From Takakia lepidozioides (taxonomy: Eukaryota; Plantae; Bryophyta), in the NCBI GenBank assembly GCA_030704615.1, contig CM060732.1, positions 5,766,001 to 5,830,000 on the forward strand: 64,000 nt of DNA. The letters are read 5' to 3'. The notes below the pieces were generated by a model. That model had not been told where the DNA came from. It saw only the letters and a list, made by a program, of their open reading frames with translations, and searched no databases. Every line of letters begins with the position of its first letter. Positions within the stretch are counted from its first letter, which is position 1. This document shows, one piece after another, positions 45,335 through 58,536 of this stretch. The position numbers were made by a program, and so were the translations under genes.

Positions 45335-48300
45335 TCACCCCTCCTCATACTCTTCTCTGGCCACAGAGTCGCAGTGCCTTTCACGTGCGCTAGTGTGGTC
45401 TGGGGGGGGGGCATCGTCCACATTTGGGCAAGGCAGTGTAACACTTGGAAGCATGATCTCGTGGACTTTCACCTTGTACCACCCGGATGGAATGTCCTTG
45501 CAGTGGAACTTGTCAACCCCGGCTATTCCCACCACTTCCGCCTTGGCGGCGGCTGTCTTTGACCGCTTGTCATGGGGGTTCAGGAGAAACACAGGATCTG
45601 ATATCTGCAGACACCAACATCAGGGTCCACTCAGCAACAAACATAGCAATGACAGGGTGAAAGTCAAGCGCAGCTGGGCATGGAAACGATCTTGGTTGCC
45701 ACAGTACTGAATCAACAGCAAATTCATGGTGTACCAACCTACCTTGAAGCGAAGCTCGTCGCTGAGGGTGGCAACTGAGGAAAGCTGCCCACGTGTCTTC
45801 AATTGCAGCAGCAAAAAGAGGTTTAGTCAGACGGATAAGAATAACATGAACTCTGGTGGTTGCAATGGTATAAACACACCTCCACGGAGCAAGCTAACTT
45901 ACACCCTGCTCAGACCGTGCACACTACAACCTCCTGGCAAAAATAACCCTACTAAAAACCAGCCAGGCAAAGCAAGGAGCCATGAATGCATGCCTGGGGA
46001 ACCACGTCCTGCTGCGATGATGGTGCCGGGGACAGCCCACTCCTCTTGCTCACCTGCAATGAATACACATTGCAACGCTTCAGGAAGTGTATCCATAAAG
46101 GAAACCAACCAAGTAAGTTTGCGGAGAGGGGCTGGGAACAACCATACCTTGGAGCCTGCCTCCTCATGCCGGGGGGGGAATCCGGAATGCTGCCGCCGTA
46201 GCACTATGGTCCTTGGCGCAGGACCCACCTTCTTCACAGATGACCCCACTGCCACTCCCTATACATGTGGTCCCTGCAAAACATATAGTGCCAGCCTTGT
46301 GTGGGAGGGCATCCGGGGGGAACAAAACAAACATATCTTATCCATCGATGTCATGTTGCAAACAGTAAGGTTAGTTTCACCTACATGGGCGCAGAAGTAC
46401 TTCCCCCAACGACCCCATCCTCTCCCACATTCAAGCTGCCAGTCGGGGTCAGCTTCCGCGTGCTTGGGAAGACACGCACATCCTTGGAGCAAAACAAATC
46501 TTGGCAGTAGGGCCAGACTGTTTCTAAAAGGTACTCTGAATTGGGCCCCTCACTGACATTGCTAGTGACATCAAACGACAATGGATGGACCATGTTCAAA
46601 GGGGAGTTCCCCCTCCCCTTGTGTGGTGAATCATCCACTAGGAGGGTGTTGGATTCGTTAAATCCAGAAAATTCTGACCACACCCTCGACAATCTCTTCT
46701 GTAAGTTCTGTACGGCAGGCCCTTTTGTGGGGTGTGGCTCTGTCAAGGGGTCACACTCCTCTTGTGACCACACAAAGAGGGGAGAACCCTTGACCCCCTG
46801 CATCACCACTTTGAAGATGTCTGCAACATTCCCCTTGGAAGCACAGGACCATATCCCAACGTAGAAATGCCGGAAGAGAAGGTTTAAAAACTCGCAGACC
46901 TGGGGCCTTGGGAAAACATACTTGTTGGTGGTCAACACCCATGGCCAATGACGCCTCGGGTTGGGCTGAAAGTTAGGAATAGAGTGGCACAGGATCCCGT
47001 TCAGGTCTAGAACAATTAGTTTCGACTTTTCTATAAAAAGAGCTTTTGAAGGGGTGTCACGGGGTCTCACCTCAGTGGGTTGGGAGACAACAGTCACCCT
47101 GGAGGGCAAAGTTTCAGTCCCCCTGCAGCCTGGACCAGGCAAACTACCACCCTCTCCCCCTACAGCTTCCCCTTTTCCCTTGATAGAATGAGCAATGACC
47201 CCCCCATCGTCCATGTCATCCCCACCAACTCGCTGGACCTCTCCCTCTTCAACGAGTGGACCCTGCCCCCCACTGTGAATATCATCAACAACAGGCTGGA
47301 CCTCTGTCACATCCCTACCCACTACAATTATTTCCTCCTTCTTAGGTACAATGGTCGCAGCAGGGGGGTCTTCCATAATGCCACCCGTCACACCCCCTTT
47401 TTGCCTCATCATGAGTTTCACTATCTTCTTCAGTTGTGCTTCCATTCCCCTCTCCCGCTCCGCAGAGAGAGCCGCAAGCCTCTCCAGGGCCCCGATGCAG
47501 GCTGCCATTGAGTTCCACGCTCCCTACGCATACAAACACCCACCCGTACTGTTAAAAACCAGAAGAAGAGGCCGAATGTGCAGGATTTCAGGCATTCGGA
47601 GATGGCTGGGTTTGGCATAATACCCCTCGTGTACCATGCGTGGGGGCCCCACATACCCACCAAATCTTAGTACAACAACAGATTCATGAATGGAAACCGG
47701 ACTTCAAAACATACCTGGCTCAAAACAGACTCTGATGGGGTGCCAGTCGCATAGTTCTTTTGCTCCGCCCCGAGCTCGGACAGTGACGGGCTCCGCGCTT
47801 TGCGTCTTTTCTGTATTTGCCCATCCATACACTGTCAGTACAAAATGTCAGGAGCATATGGACAAAGCACTGCCCTGCATATCACATAATAACTAATTCT
47901 GCACAAGCAATAAAACCCACTCGTGGGTGTCTCTTCCATCAGAACATGCCACAACGTAGGAGCAATGAGAAGGGGGTGAGGAGATTACCAAACGGGCTGC
48001 TTGGCCTGCAACTCCTGCCCGGCCCCAATGCGAGGGGTTCGTGACACAAGCACGCGCTTGCTTCATCCCTTCAGCCTTTGCAAGTCCACGAGGGGACTCC
48101 CAGTAGGCAACAAGCTTATCCCAATAGGCGGGTTCAGTGTTCATTGGCCTCACACCAGTCTTTGCCCATTTATCTTTCAGTTTTGCTCTTTCTCCTTTCA
48201 TTATCTTCCCACATTGCTTCACTATAAAATCACGATTGACAGGGATAGGTCTGTACTCGTACATTCCATTTATGCCCTCTATTACTGTTGACATGGCACT

Positions 48301-51300
48301 CTGGGACTGCTGGTCAATGTCTTGTACGCTTGAGTCAAGGTAACGCAATGCCAGGCCACGCAAATCATGCTGCCAGTGTTCCTTACCTTCGCAGCCAACA
48401 TTGATGACTCCATTTCCATGCACCTCCACCTTGTGGCGCTTTAGCCCTGCAGCCACCCTTCCCTCTCCATCTCCTTCCCATTGTTTCATGGCATGGCGTC
48501 GTTCCTTCCTCAGCTCTGATGTCCGTTTCCTGCCCCCATGCTCTGGAGCAGCGCCGTCATACGTTGTGGGGGGTGACTGATGTGTGCCGGAGGGGGGAGG
48601 GCCGTATGGAGATGTGGGAGGCCCCCATTGTGACGTGCCAGCATCAGGAAGCCAGCGCCACGACCCCGAAGCAGGGGGGGCTCCCCATGGTGCACTCTGT
48701 TGTGGAGACCATGCGGCAGGGGGTGGGTGCCAAGGTTGGTGTTGGTTGGCATTGTGTGGTGGCTGTGAGTGCTTTGCTGCAGCTTCACTCCCCTTCCGCT
48801 GCCAAAAACATCCCACACACAAGGTGCATCAGCTGTAGTCCTACTGAACACAACGTCACCAGAGCACAAACGATCCCACAACCACAACTATGGATTGGCT
48901 GACCTCAAACCCACTCCCCTGCAGCGCAAGTGCCAAAAACTGAAAAGGAGAGGGACAGAATGTCCTCATAACATGTAAGGCCATTCATTGGTGAAGAAAC
49001 ATAATGTGGGTGGGTTCACATCAGTACCATCATACACACTTACCAGGAAACAGAACATCCATCTGGGTTTTGCACATAGGGAGTGGACATCTATTCACAC
49101 AATCAGCAAATGGCTGTATGGCGGAGCCCAGCATCGGAGCCCCAAAAGGCCTAAAGACTCTCAATGTTTGTAAACACAGGTGCAGACACAATTCAATTGA
49201 TAGCTTGGATATCCGGTGGTCTGTATGGTGATAGCACCCCGGGCAGTGAGTCAGACAATGACCCTATGACGTTGGTAGTAAGACTTACCTTCGTATAAAG
49301 CATTGATCCGGGTTTTCCAGATATCCTCTAGAAATCCCTTCACACAAGCATCAATCTGTTGTGTGTGATTTGCCCAAAAACTAGGCCTCAGGAGGGCCTG
49401 GGCTTTTGGCTCAGCCTCGAGTCTTTCAAAGTTGGTAAATAGGGGTACATGCACAATTCCCTTGATAGAATTGAAGAGAGCATCTCTTTGTGAGAGAACC
49501 CCGGACAGCGTATCAGAAAATGAATACTGTCTTCAGATTGCCCACACAACGGACAATTGCACTCTCCCTTTCCGATGTGCTTCTGTTTGATGTTCAAAGG
49601 TAGGCTTCCTGCCCTGAGTTTAAATTTCAGTCTAGTGCCGAGAGTGGGTGGACCCTTCAGGTCATCCAAGATGTCCACCCCCATGTCACTGACTGGAAAC
49701 AAGTTCAGGGAAGTTCTCTGCCTAACTTCATTTTCATCAGACAATCTCATGGCAACAGACATGGCTTCAGACACTACAGCCTGTAAGGCAGATTTATCCA
49801 GCAGGGTCAAGACTTGCGGATCCAGGTCCAGGTCCTTGAGATTCTTTTCTACTCTCTTCTGCCAGGACTTAGTCTGTTTGACAGGGCGGTCCTGTTTCCA
49901 AGATTTAGAGTCGAACAACTTAGGATATCTGGTGTTGGGCATATGTTGCAGCTGACCCCACCATCTGACCTTGAATTCATCTCGTCGGGAGCTTAAGGAT
50001 GGGATGCCAAACTCACCCCCGAACAGCCACATTGGCTGTTTTCTCCATGCTGACATACACTCCTTAAGCACCCCCACTTGAATGGATTCTAGAGACTTAG
50101 CCTGGTTGGAGTTATCAACCCATATAGCAGATCCGTACTCCAAGGCAGGTCTAATAACGCGACAAAGCATGGTTTTCTTAACCTCAGAGATGACCCCTCT
50201 GCAGTGGAAAAATTTAGTGAGCCCCAGAGCTTTGCCCTTGCCAATTTGAACAACTTTCCGTATATGTGCATCCCAATTACAATTGGAGGAAAACTCAACG
50301 CCTAGGTAAGTGTAGGAAGGGAGGCCGAAATCTCTTGGCTACCCCACTGCCACTTAAGATCACTTCCTCCCTCTCCTCTGTCGTTGATTGCTACCACTGC
50401 ACATTTCTGCCTAACTTCATTTTCTGCCCAATCACATCTCCTTTACGCTGATGATGTTGCCCTTTTGGCACAATCCCCGGTCTTTCTGCAACGCCATCTC
50501 TAAATTTTGGAACAGTTCTGCAAAGACTATGGGATGCAAGTCAATCTTAGCAAGACCAAGATCATGGTCTTCAATGGGATGCACATATCCATAAAGTTGT
50601 TCAATCGGATCTCGTAGTATAGAGGGCAGTAGAAGAAGAAGTGTTCTTCAGTTTCAATTTCCTTGCTGCGCCCTATGCAAGCTGGACATAGGCGGTCCTC
50701 CCGTTGCAGGTTTTCCCATCTGCCAGTCTCTATCCGTAGGTTGTGGGAACCCACCCTGAACTGCCCCAATGCCCTCAGGAGGGAAGGAGCTAAGGGTGCT
50801 GAAAGGTAATTTGGTCTCAAGATTCTATCATCGCGGAGCACCAAGAATCTCTCTAGAAGTGGAGCTTTGTTGTGAGATTGGGTAGCATCCAAGTTCTCTT
50901 CACATGTAATTCCATAAGCTCTCTCCGAATGAGTCTGTTGCGGTCATGTGTGGATGTGATGTCCACCTCATCTGGGTTCATTGGTAATAGGAAAGTAGTA
51001 GAAAGTCCGTTACGTTGAAATAAACTGTCCACTCGAGCATACCAGGAGTTCCCGAAACCTGCAGCTTTGAGCCTCATAGATGTTGTGAGGGCCCTTGCCA
51101 CTAGCCCTTTGGGTGGAAGGGCCTGCAATCTATTCCTCACTGATTGTAAGCCTGAACTGTGCCTCGGATTGCAATGGTACACATGCGAACTCTGCACCTA
51201 GGATCTGAGAGGGAGTTGTGCTCCTGGCGCCAAGCATTGCTTGGAGAAAAGATGACTGTAATGGTTCCAAAATCTTTTCCCACCAGGAGACAGGGACACC

Positions 51301-51910
51301 AGGTGCCCAGAACTCACAACCATAGATGGTAGCAGGGCTGACGACGGTGTCAAACAGACACTTTTTGGTAGGGGGATGCCGCACATGTATTTGCTTGCAT
51401 TTGGCGTGAAGGCGGACGGAGGCCGCCTTACCTTTAGTCAATCTGTCCAAGGCAGTGGCTGCAAAGTGAAACTTGGGGGAGTGGATAACCAGACCTAGGT
51501 ACCAGTATGATTTGACAATCTCAATTTCCTGCTGGTTGAAGATGAATCTACGATCAGCTAGGAGAACTCAACGCCCATAGAACATGAACAGAAGTAGGGG
51601 TAGAACTCACCTCATGCGCAGCGGGTTTGTGCCGTTTGCGCACCTTTTGGAGAGACTCTGCAGATGGAGGTGCAATTTCCGCCGAACTGTCCTCCACCTC
51701 ATCGTCGTCGCCCATGCTATAGTCGCTTGTGTCAGAATCCAAACTGGAAGACCGCCCACTGCTCTGCCTTCCCTCTCGCACCGACGCCATCTGTACCAGA
51801 TTCAGTCGAGCCAGGCGGGGGCTCCTTCGCACTGCGGGGCTGGAATGTGCACAAGTGGGAGGAGGTGATGCTGCCTCGGCGGTCGACCGCTTCTTACTAG
51901 GCGTGGACAT
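45335..51910 (-). pseudogene. Accessory TnpA-like/FCP1-NIF gene, copy 2
   Basis: Uninterrupted exons at 47893..48822 (Transposase_24-like) and 46381..47508 (whole NIF domain), and a last exon within 45335..45592. CAG>TAG changes near 46381 and 46259. Confidence 0.75.
49268..51558. mobile_element. LINE fragments A and B in copy 2 (B longer, A partly inverted)
   Basis: ORFs 49388..50170, 50527..50892, 50853..51197 and 51130..51450. LLYADDVALL on the plus strand at ~50440. Confidence 0.85.
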
Positions 51911-52849
51911 AGACCATGACAAAGATGAAGACGAGCGAGGACATAGACCATGAGGAAGACAAAGACGAGCGAGGAAGACCAAGACATGCAAAGGAGGAAA
52001 GAAGGACAAGGAGGGGAGTGTGATCACACACCCCCCGAGCTCAAGGTGAAGATCCGGCCGTTGTTGATTTCAAATATGAACACGTGTCGTGCATCCGACA
52101 CTATGGCCTTTTCGACTTTGAGACGTTAAACCCTAAACCACTTACAGTCCTCCAGACAACTAGATGTAGTGATTCACACAACTGACATTTGGTTGGCCTG
52201 TTATGCAGGCTTGTTCTGTAATCTCCAGTGGACATCATACAGTTTCTTTGTTTCTTTCATTTTTTGTAATGCTTGAACAGTTCATATCCTCAATGTCTTA
52301 TTGCAGTCCTGGCTTCAAGCAAATGAGAGGTAGTCCTGGTAGGATGGTCAATGTCCTTAAAAGCAGCCTTGTCTATTATCCATCCAAAAACTAAAGGTCT
52401 CATCTATCATGGTTAATATATGCTTGGATAAGAAAATGACTCGGTATGTCTTCTTTTTCACAATCACGGGGAGGGTTACCTCGACTCACTAGCTGATCTC
52501 TTAGCACAATTGACACCAAGCCCTTGACACGGTTTTCATGTGCATGTCAGCATGCTCCAAAACAGCCAATGTGGCTGTTCGGGGCGAGTTTGGCATTCGT
52601 TCCTTAAGCTCCCGACGACATAAATTCAAGGTCAGATGGTGGGGCCAGTTGCAACAATGAACCGATATTAGCCTTGAGTAGTTCTCTGACTCTTTGTGGG
52701 CCCTTCTATGGTTATTTGTTTGTTGTTCTACTCCTTGTGGCCCTTTAGGAATCCCACAGACGTGATACACATATCTCTTTCCTCACTTTCGGTCCTTCAC
52801 TGACTACCAGAAATGTCACACCGTATGTCTGCATCTGAAACTTTTCACC

Positions 52850-53427
52850 TTTGAGACAACATTCTGCAGCACGCTCTGCTAGCTTAACATTGCCATGTAT
52901 TCTGCAGGCACCAAGTAAAGCCCCACACTAAAGCATCTGGTTTAATTGGCATTTGTTGATGAAATTCTCCGCCTCATCCAAGCGCCCTGCACGGCCAAGA
53001 AGGTCAACCATGCAGCCAAAATGTTTTCCTGTTGGAATGATTCTATTATCACACACAGCAGATTGATGCTTGTGTGAAGGGTTTTCTAGAGGATATCTGG
53101 AAAACCCGGATTAATTCCTTATATGATGGTAAGTCTTACTACCACCGTCAGCCCCTGACGGAGGTAGGTTCTGTTCCTTTTGTTCCCGCTCAAACTGGGC
53201 GCAGGGTCAATGGCCACAAGGCTACGGCATACAACGTCTTATGAGTACAATCTATAATCTCTACTCATAGAATGGAAATAGTGTTGTCCTTCATCTACTA
53301 GGCCCATATGGCTGCATGCAGACAGAACTGCAATGAGTGTAACATCATTTGGCTTCACCCCTTGCTGTTTCAAAACTTGGTTGAAAAGTTGCAGAGCATC
53401 TTTGCCATGCCCTTGCTGAGAATATCC
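52850..53427 (-). pseudogene. PPR fragment with LINE insert, copy 2
   Basis: Reverse complement of 14815-15393. Confidence 0.88.
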
Positions 53428-54003
53428 AAAGACCTGCTTGCCCTCTTCTACAGCTGGGCACAGGGAGTGTCGTTCAGGCTGAAAAGGGGAAATTTGACCA
53501 GGTCATATCCGTTTGTGTTACTTCGAAGGTGTGGGCCAGCCTGCCAGAAGGTCAAAACAGGTGCATGCTGACATATGAAAGTCTGGCGTCGTGGAGATTG
53601 TTGGCTGTGAGGTGGGGATGGGGTTATCATCTTTCCTGATAAATGAAGATATGATTGACATATCTCATCTCCCATAAACTGTCACATTTCCTATAGGAAG
53701 TTCTTGTGATGCCCTTGACATGCTGTTGATGTGAATGAAAGCAGGCTGCAGTAGCAACAATGGAGACTTCAGGGTGTTTGGATTGGGGCAGAGCATACCA
53801 TGGAAGAGAACAAGGGGCCCAATAGTTCGTGCAGTTGGGGGAGTTGATGTATGTACTTCCCCACACGGCCTTTGCCTCTCTTCACCATCTGTACCGAAGG
53901 TGCATAGATGGAACAAATCTCCAGTCTTTGGTGTGCTCTTGTAATTCTGATATGCCCATAGACCCACTTCTCTCTCATGTCTGTCTTGAGTTCCCCAACA
54001 AAA

Positions 54004-57000
54004 ATGAGTTCCCCTCGCCCATGCGGAGGACTTCCAATTAATCACCCCTGTAGACAGAACAACCGGGATGACAGGTTGTGGGAAAGAGAAGTGGCACGTG
54101 CCCGAGCCCTTGGGCTTTCAAGGATGCCATGCCCATGGAACGTTGTTTGGGCACTACAAGTAGATCTGAGGACGGTGTGCGCACACATCTCCTTCACCAC
54201 AAAAAGACATGAAGCATTTCGGTGTGGATTGGAGATGGACCTGCAGACGAAGACGATGAGGAGTGGGCACAATTGGACAATGCACACCCCCGAGGGGACA
54301 TACGATAGGCCAGACGAGGACTATGTCATGGGCGCAGGACAGGAACCAGGCCTGGACGGAGGGGTGGAGATGACTCGAATGTTGCAGGAAGCCTTCCACA
54401 TCATGGCGATTGCTGAAGAGGTGGACGGCGCTGCGACAACTGGGGATGGGTGATGACGTGCGGAAATGAAGCATTCACGTGGGGAAGGCGTGGAAGGAGG
54501 TGGAGATGGAAATGAGAATTCTGCACACATGACACTAGAAGAACATTGTGCCACTGTACGAGGGATGCAAATCCACAAAGCTGCTGCCCAGCAATGCTTT
54601 GATGAACCGTGCACAACCCACGGTGTGTCAGACCATTTGTGGAACGAGTTTTTCTCTTTGCTTCGGCTGAACTTGCTTTCACAACCAAATGAAATGCCAA
54701 AAGCTGTCACATGGCCAACAAAATGATTGGGAAGCTCGGCCTCAACTACGTGAAAATACAGCATGTCCAAAAGACATGTACTTTTCAGAAGAGAGTACAA
54801 GGACGCTATGGAGTGCCCCAAATGCGGTGAGCCCGATACCATGATGTGGGCAGGTTACAAACAGCCACCAAGGTGTTGAGGCACTTTCCCCTTATCCCCC
54901 GTCTATTACGAATGTACAAATGCAAGACCATTAGGAGGAGCTCATGACTTGGCATTCCAGGAATGCCTCAAACGATGGTTTGTGGTAAGGCATGTCCCAG
55001 AGATTCCCTGCATGGAAGCCATATAGATGCAACTTGGCCCGATTTCGCCGAGACCCACGCAATGTGGATTGGCTGTATCTACGGATGGAGTAAACCCATA
55101 CGGATCAAAGAGTTGCACATGGTCCACATGGCCCGTGCAGTTGGTGGCATACAACCTGCCACCATGGTTGACAACAAAGAAATTCTTTGTCATGTTGTCT
55201 CTCTTGATTCCAGGCAAGGAGTCCGTGACAAATGCAAACATAGATGTGTATTTGCAACCATTTGATTGAAGAGCTACAGGAACTATGGATTGGAGTTGAA
55301 GCTTACGACATTTTGAACCAGTAGGGCAACGGAGTTTCACCCTCCGTGCCATATCATGTGGTCAATCCACGATTTCCCCGCATATGGCCTTGTTGCGGGT
55401 TTGCAAGACGAAGGGCTACAAAGGGTGCCCCATTTGTGGGCCCTATGTGGATTCACGGCACTCAAAGCCATTAGGGAAGACAATATACATGGGGCATCGA
55501 CGTTACATTGCAAGAAACCACCCCCTACCGACGAGCAGGCCGGCACTTCAATGGATGTGTTGAAAAGAGAATGGCACCAAATGACTGTGACACGGAGAGA
55601 CATTGCAATTTGCAAAGGAGAAAGAGGCGTTCATGGAGATTGGAGGGAGAGAAGGAAGTAGTGCGGATCCAGCCATGTCGCACGGGGTGAAGCGCCGCCG
55701 GACAATCCCTTGGGATTGCCATACTGAAGGTGCATGAAATCCCCCCCCCCCCCCATTCACTCACTTCTTTCACATTGTGCTTCCTGGAATTACCTTTACT
55801 GTCAGGAGTCCTTCCACCAACTCCTAAGTCAGTGTAACTACTATGCAGTAGATGTTGAGGAGACGTACACCTCACTGTGTAGAGGATCGTGGCAGTTGTT
55901 GAAAGCAGAATGTAGTAAATGGACACTTCTGCCTTCTACTATTTTTGCCCATAGAACTTGGTCTCAGGGGAGGACATTTGGCATTCAGAACCTCTTGCAG
56001 CGGTACCTCCTGCGGACCCCATGCAGTGAGAAGAACTTCTGCGAGAGAAACATTCTGAAGACTATCTTTGGGGAGAAGGATACGATAAAAACGTACGAAA
56101 AGGACATGGAGATTGAAGGGATATGGTCACATCTGTGGCTAAGGCCTGATCCAAATAGACCAGGCAAAGTGCTCATGCCAGCAGCATCATACGTCCTGAC
56201 CAAATCAGAGCAAGAGGAATTTTTGAAGACATTGGAGCCATGAAAGTGCCAACCGGATTCTCGGGTGCTTTCCAAAATCATGCCATAAACAAGAAATGGT
56301 CGGGGATGAAGTCACATGATCTACACGTGATGATTGCAGCAGATTTTGCCAGTGTGGGCATTCGGGGGTTACGATGGCGTCGGGTCCTCGAACAGCCATA
56401 ATGCGTGTAAGTCGAGAGGTTTAGGAAGATTTGTGCGAAGGTGTGGGATCCGAGGGACATTACATGGCTGCATGAGGATGTGGCTGTGACACTTTGACCT
56501 ATGTTTGCGGAGAAAGAATTCCCTCCATCATTCTTTGACGTCATGACGCACTTGCTAGTGCATCTTGTGAGGAGCTGCATGTGTGTGGGCCCGTAGCCAG
56601 CCGTTGGATGTACCCATGGAGAGGTACATGAAGGATCTGAAGGGGTATGTACGCAACATGGCACGGCCAGGAGGGGAGTATGGTGGAGGGCTACATCCGC
56701 GACGAAGCCCTGGCTTAGGACAGAGAGTATATGTCTTCATTTGATGCAATACAAACGACGGGTGGGGACGAGAACGAGGGGGAAGAAGGAGTTAGTTGTA
56801 GGCGAGGGGTCCTAGAAGGTGGTGGAACAAAGCGTGCCATGAGCCGCGCCTTCGGGATGTGGCACATGATATGTGCTGAACAACACAACAACCATGACAC
56901 CATGGAGACAATGGTGGTTGTTGAAACTTTACATTCCTCTTGTGCTATTTCTTAATGAGTCTTGTATGCATGAATTACATATATATTGCACAAGTCATTC

Positions 57001-57763
57001 CGGCCACTATGGGAGTGGGATCGTGTACTAACAGGGTGCTTCAGACGACAACAGAGGGTGTTTCGTAGTTGGGTTGTTGCTTGCAAGTGATCATGAAGTA
57101 GGCTGCATCACTACAATGTGTGAAAGAGACACAACTTACATGTGGCATGCATGTACAGTACGGTGTTGTCAGGGGGACTGAGTTGCAGCTTTATTGGTTT
57201 CTGCAGAAATACGCAGCGGAGAAAAGGGTCCGCCTGAAAACGGAAAAACGGAATGGAGAGCATGTTGACCCCCAAAAGCATGGCGGGAGGGGCGGTCGTA
57301 GGCGCAGATCCCCGGGGAGTACCCGACAACAATGGAGGAGTGCAGCCCTTTACAGTGTGGGTCAGATCTGCAATTGCATGTAGGCATCAGAGAACGAGAC
57401 CCAGATGAGGGCATGGGAGTGTCAATCCCCCCCAGGGCTGATGCACTCGTACGGTCAATGAAAGAAATGGCAATCACAAGAGTGGACGATGCCAACACCA
57501 GACTCCTGGTGACTTATGACAGCAGAGTGGCATCATTTTTTGAACAAGAGAGTAGGAGCGTGCCGAGATCGGAATCCAATTCATGCATGTGCAATATGTA
57601 GGAGTGATCAAAGAGATCCTTTTAAACTAGACTATGGTCTGTGTGAAGCCAATTCTTTCCGTTGTTCTTGGGTAAAAGCAATATGGTAGGAGGAGAATGC
57701 CACTGACGGGATGAGTACGGGTTCCTCCTTGCTGATTCAGAAAAAGCTACCACAGATGAAGAG
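54004..57763 (+). pseudogene. CACTA Tnp2-type transposase, copy 2 (keeps the core segment, many indels, cut by Gypsy)
   Basis: STDGVNPYG..STWPVQLVAYNLPPWL..LIPG..IDVYLQP at 55027-55269. The rest is colinear with copy 1. Confidence 0.88.
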
Positions 57764-58480
57764 TGTCGCGGCCCTTTGCCTTGAGGGCAGGGGGTCGGGA
57801 CACATGAGGGGCTGCCCCTATGGTGGGGGCATCGGCAAGCGATAGGTATGGGGGCTGAAGCACCCTTGAGTGCCCAGGCACTCAAGGAGGCGGAGGCGCT
57901 CACTAGGTGGAGCCCGCACACGGGTTGCGGTGGGGGTGGCTCCACAAGGGGGGTGGTGGTAGCTTAGCGGGACTTAGTGGGGGTGGCATAGGACTCACCA
58001 TGGGGTGGAGACCTCGAGGTGGGAGTCGTGGGGAGTCTGGGACTCATCACGGTCCATTGGGCCGCGGTGAGTGGGCCAAGACTCACCGCGACTCACCACC
58101 GGGAATCGAGGGTCTTCGTGGTGGTTCGCCATAAAATGGCATGGCTGGTTGTGAAACCCCCGCGGACAGTACAGAAGTATATATAGGGAGTAGTAACCCG
58201 AGAACGGTGCAAGCCCGTTGGTGACCAAAAACTAGTGAGTAAGCGAGCGAGCCGGAAAGCGACCAAAGAGTGGGGAGCTGTTCCGGACTGCCATCTACCA
58301 AAGGGAATTCTCCTAGTCCCAATTAGGTGGAGGGTTAGTGGGAAGCAAAGGGGGACCGTATGTCCCGGTGAGCAGCCGAAGCTCCAAGTTGGCCCGGCGG
58401 CCAGGTTGGGAGTCAGGCGCGCGCATCAAAGCGAGTAACTATGACTTGAAGGGGGAGCTTACCGAGTGAGGTGCGCGACA
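57764..58480 (+). repeat. 5' LTR (717 bp)
   Basis: TGTCGCG...CGCGACA termini. The first ~80 bp recur at 63922-64000. Confidence 0.92.
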
Positions 58481-58482
58481 CT

Positions 58483-58494
58483 TGGTATCAGAGC
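58483..58494 (+). promoter_or_regulatory. Primer-binding site for tRNA-iMet
   Basis: TGGTATCAGAGC, 2 nt after the LTR. Confidence 0.92.
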
Positions 58495-58536
58495 TTAGAG
58501 TTCAGTACGCGATCGTCCTTGGGATTGGCCTCATCA

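Larger units (their letters stand above)
44229..57763. mobile_element. CACTA copy 2 (inverted relative to copy 1), interrupted by an LTR element
   Basis: Begins CACTACAAACATTCGTGTCATTTACC and is a colinear reverse complement of 23579 down to ~10890. Preceding bases are CCC (predicted TSD). Confidence 0.92.
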
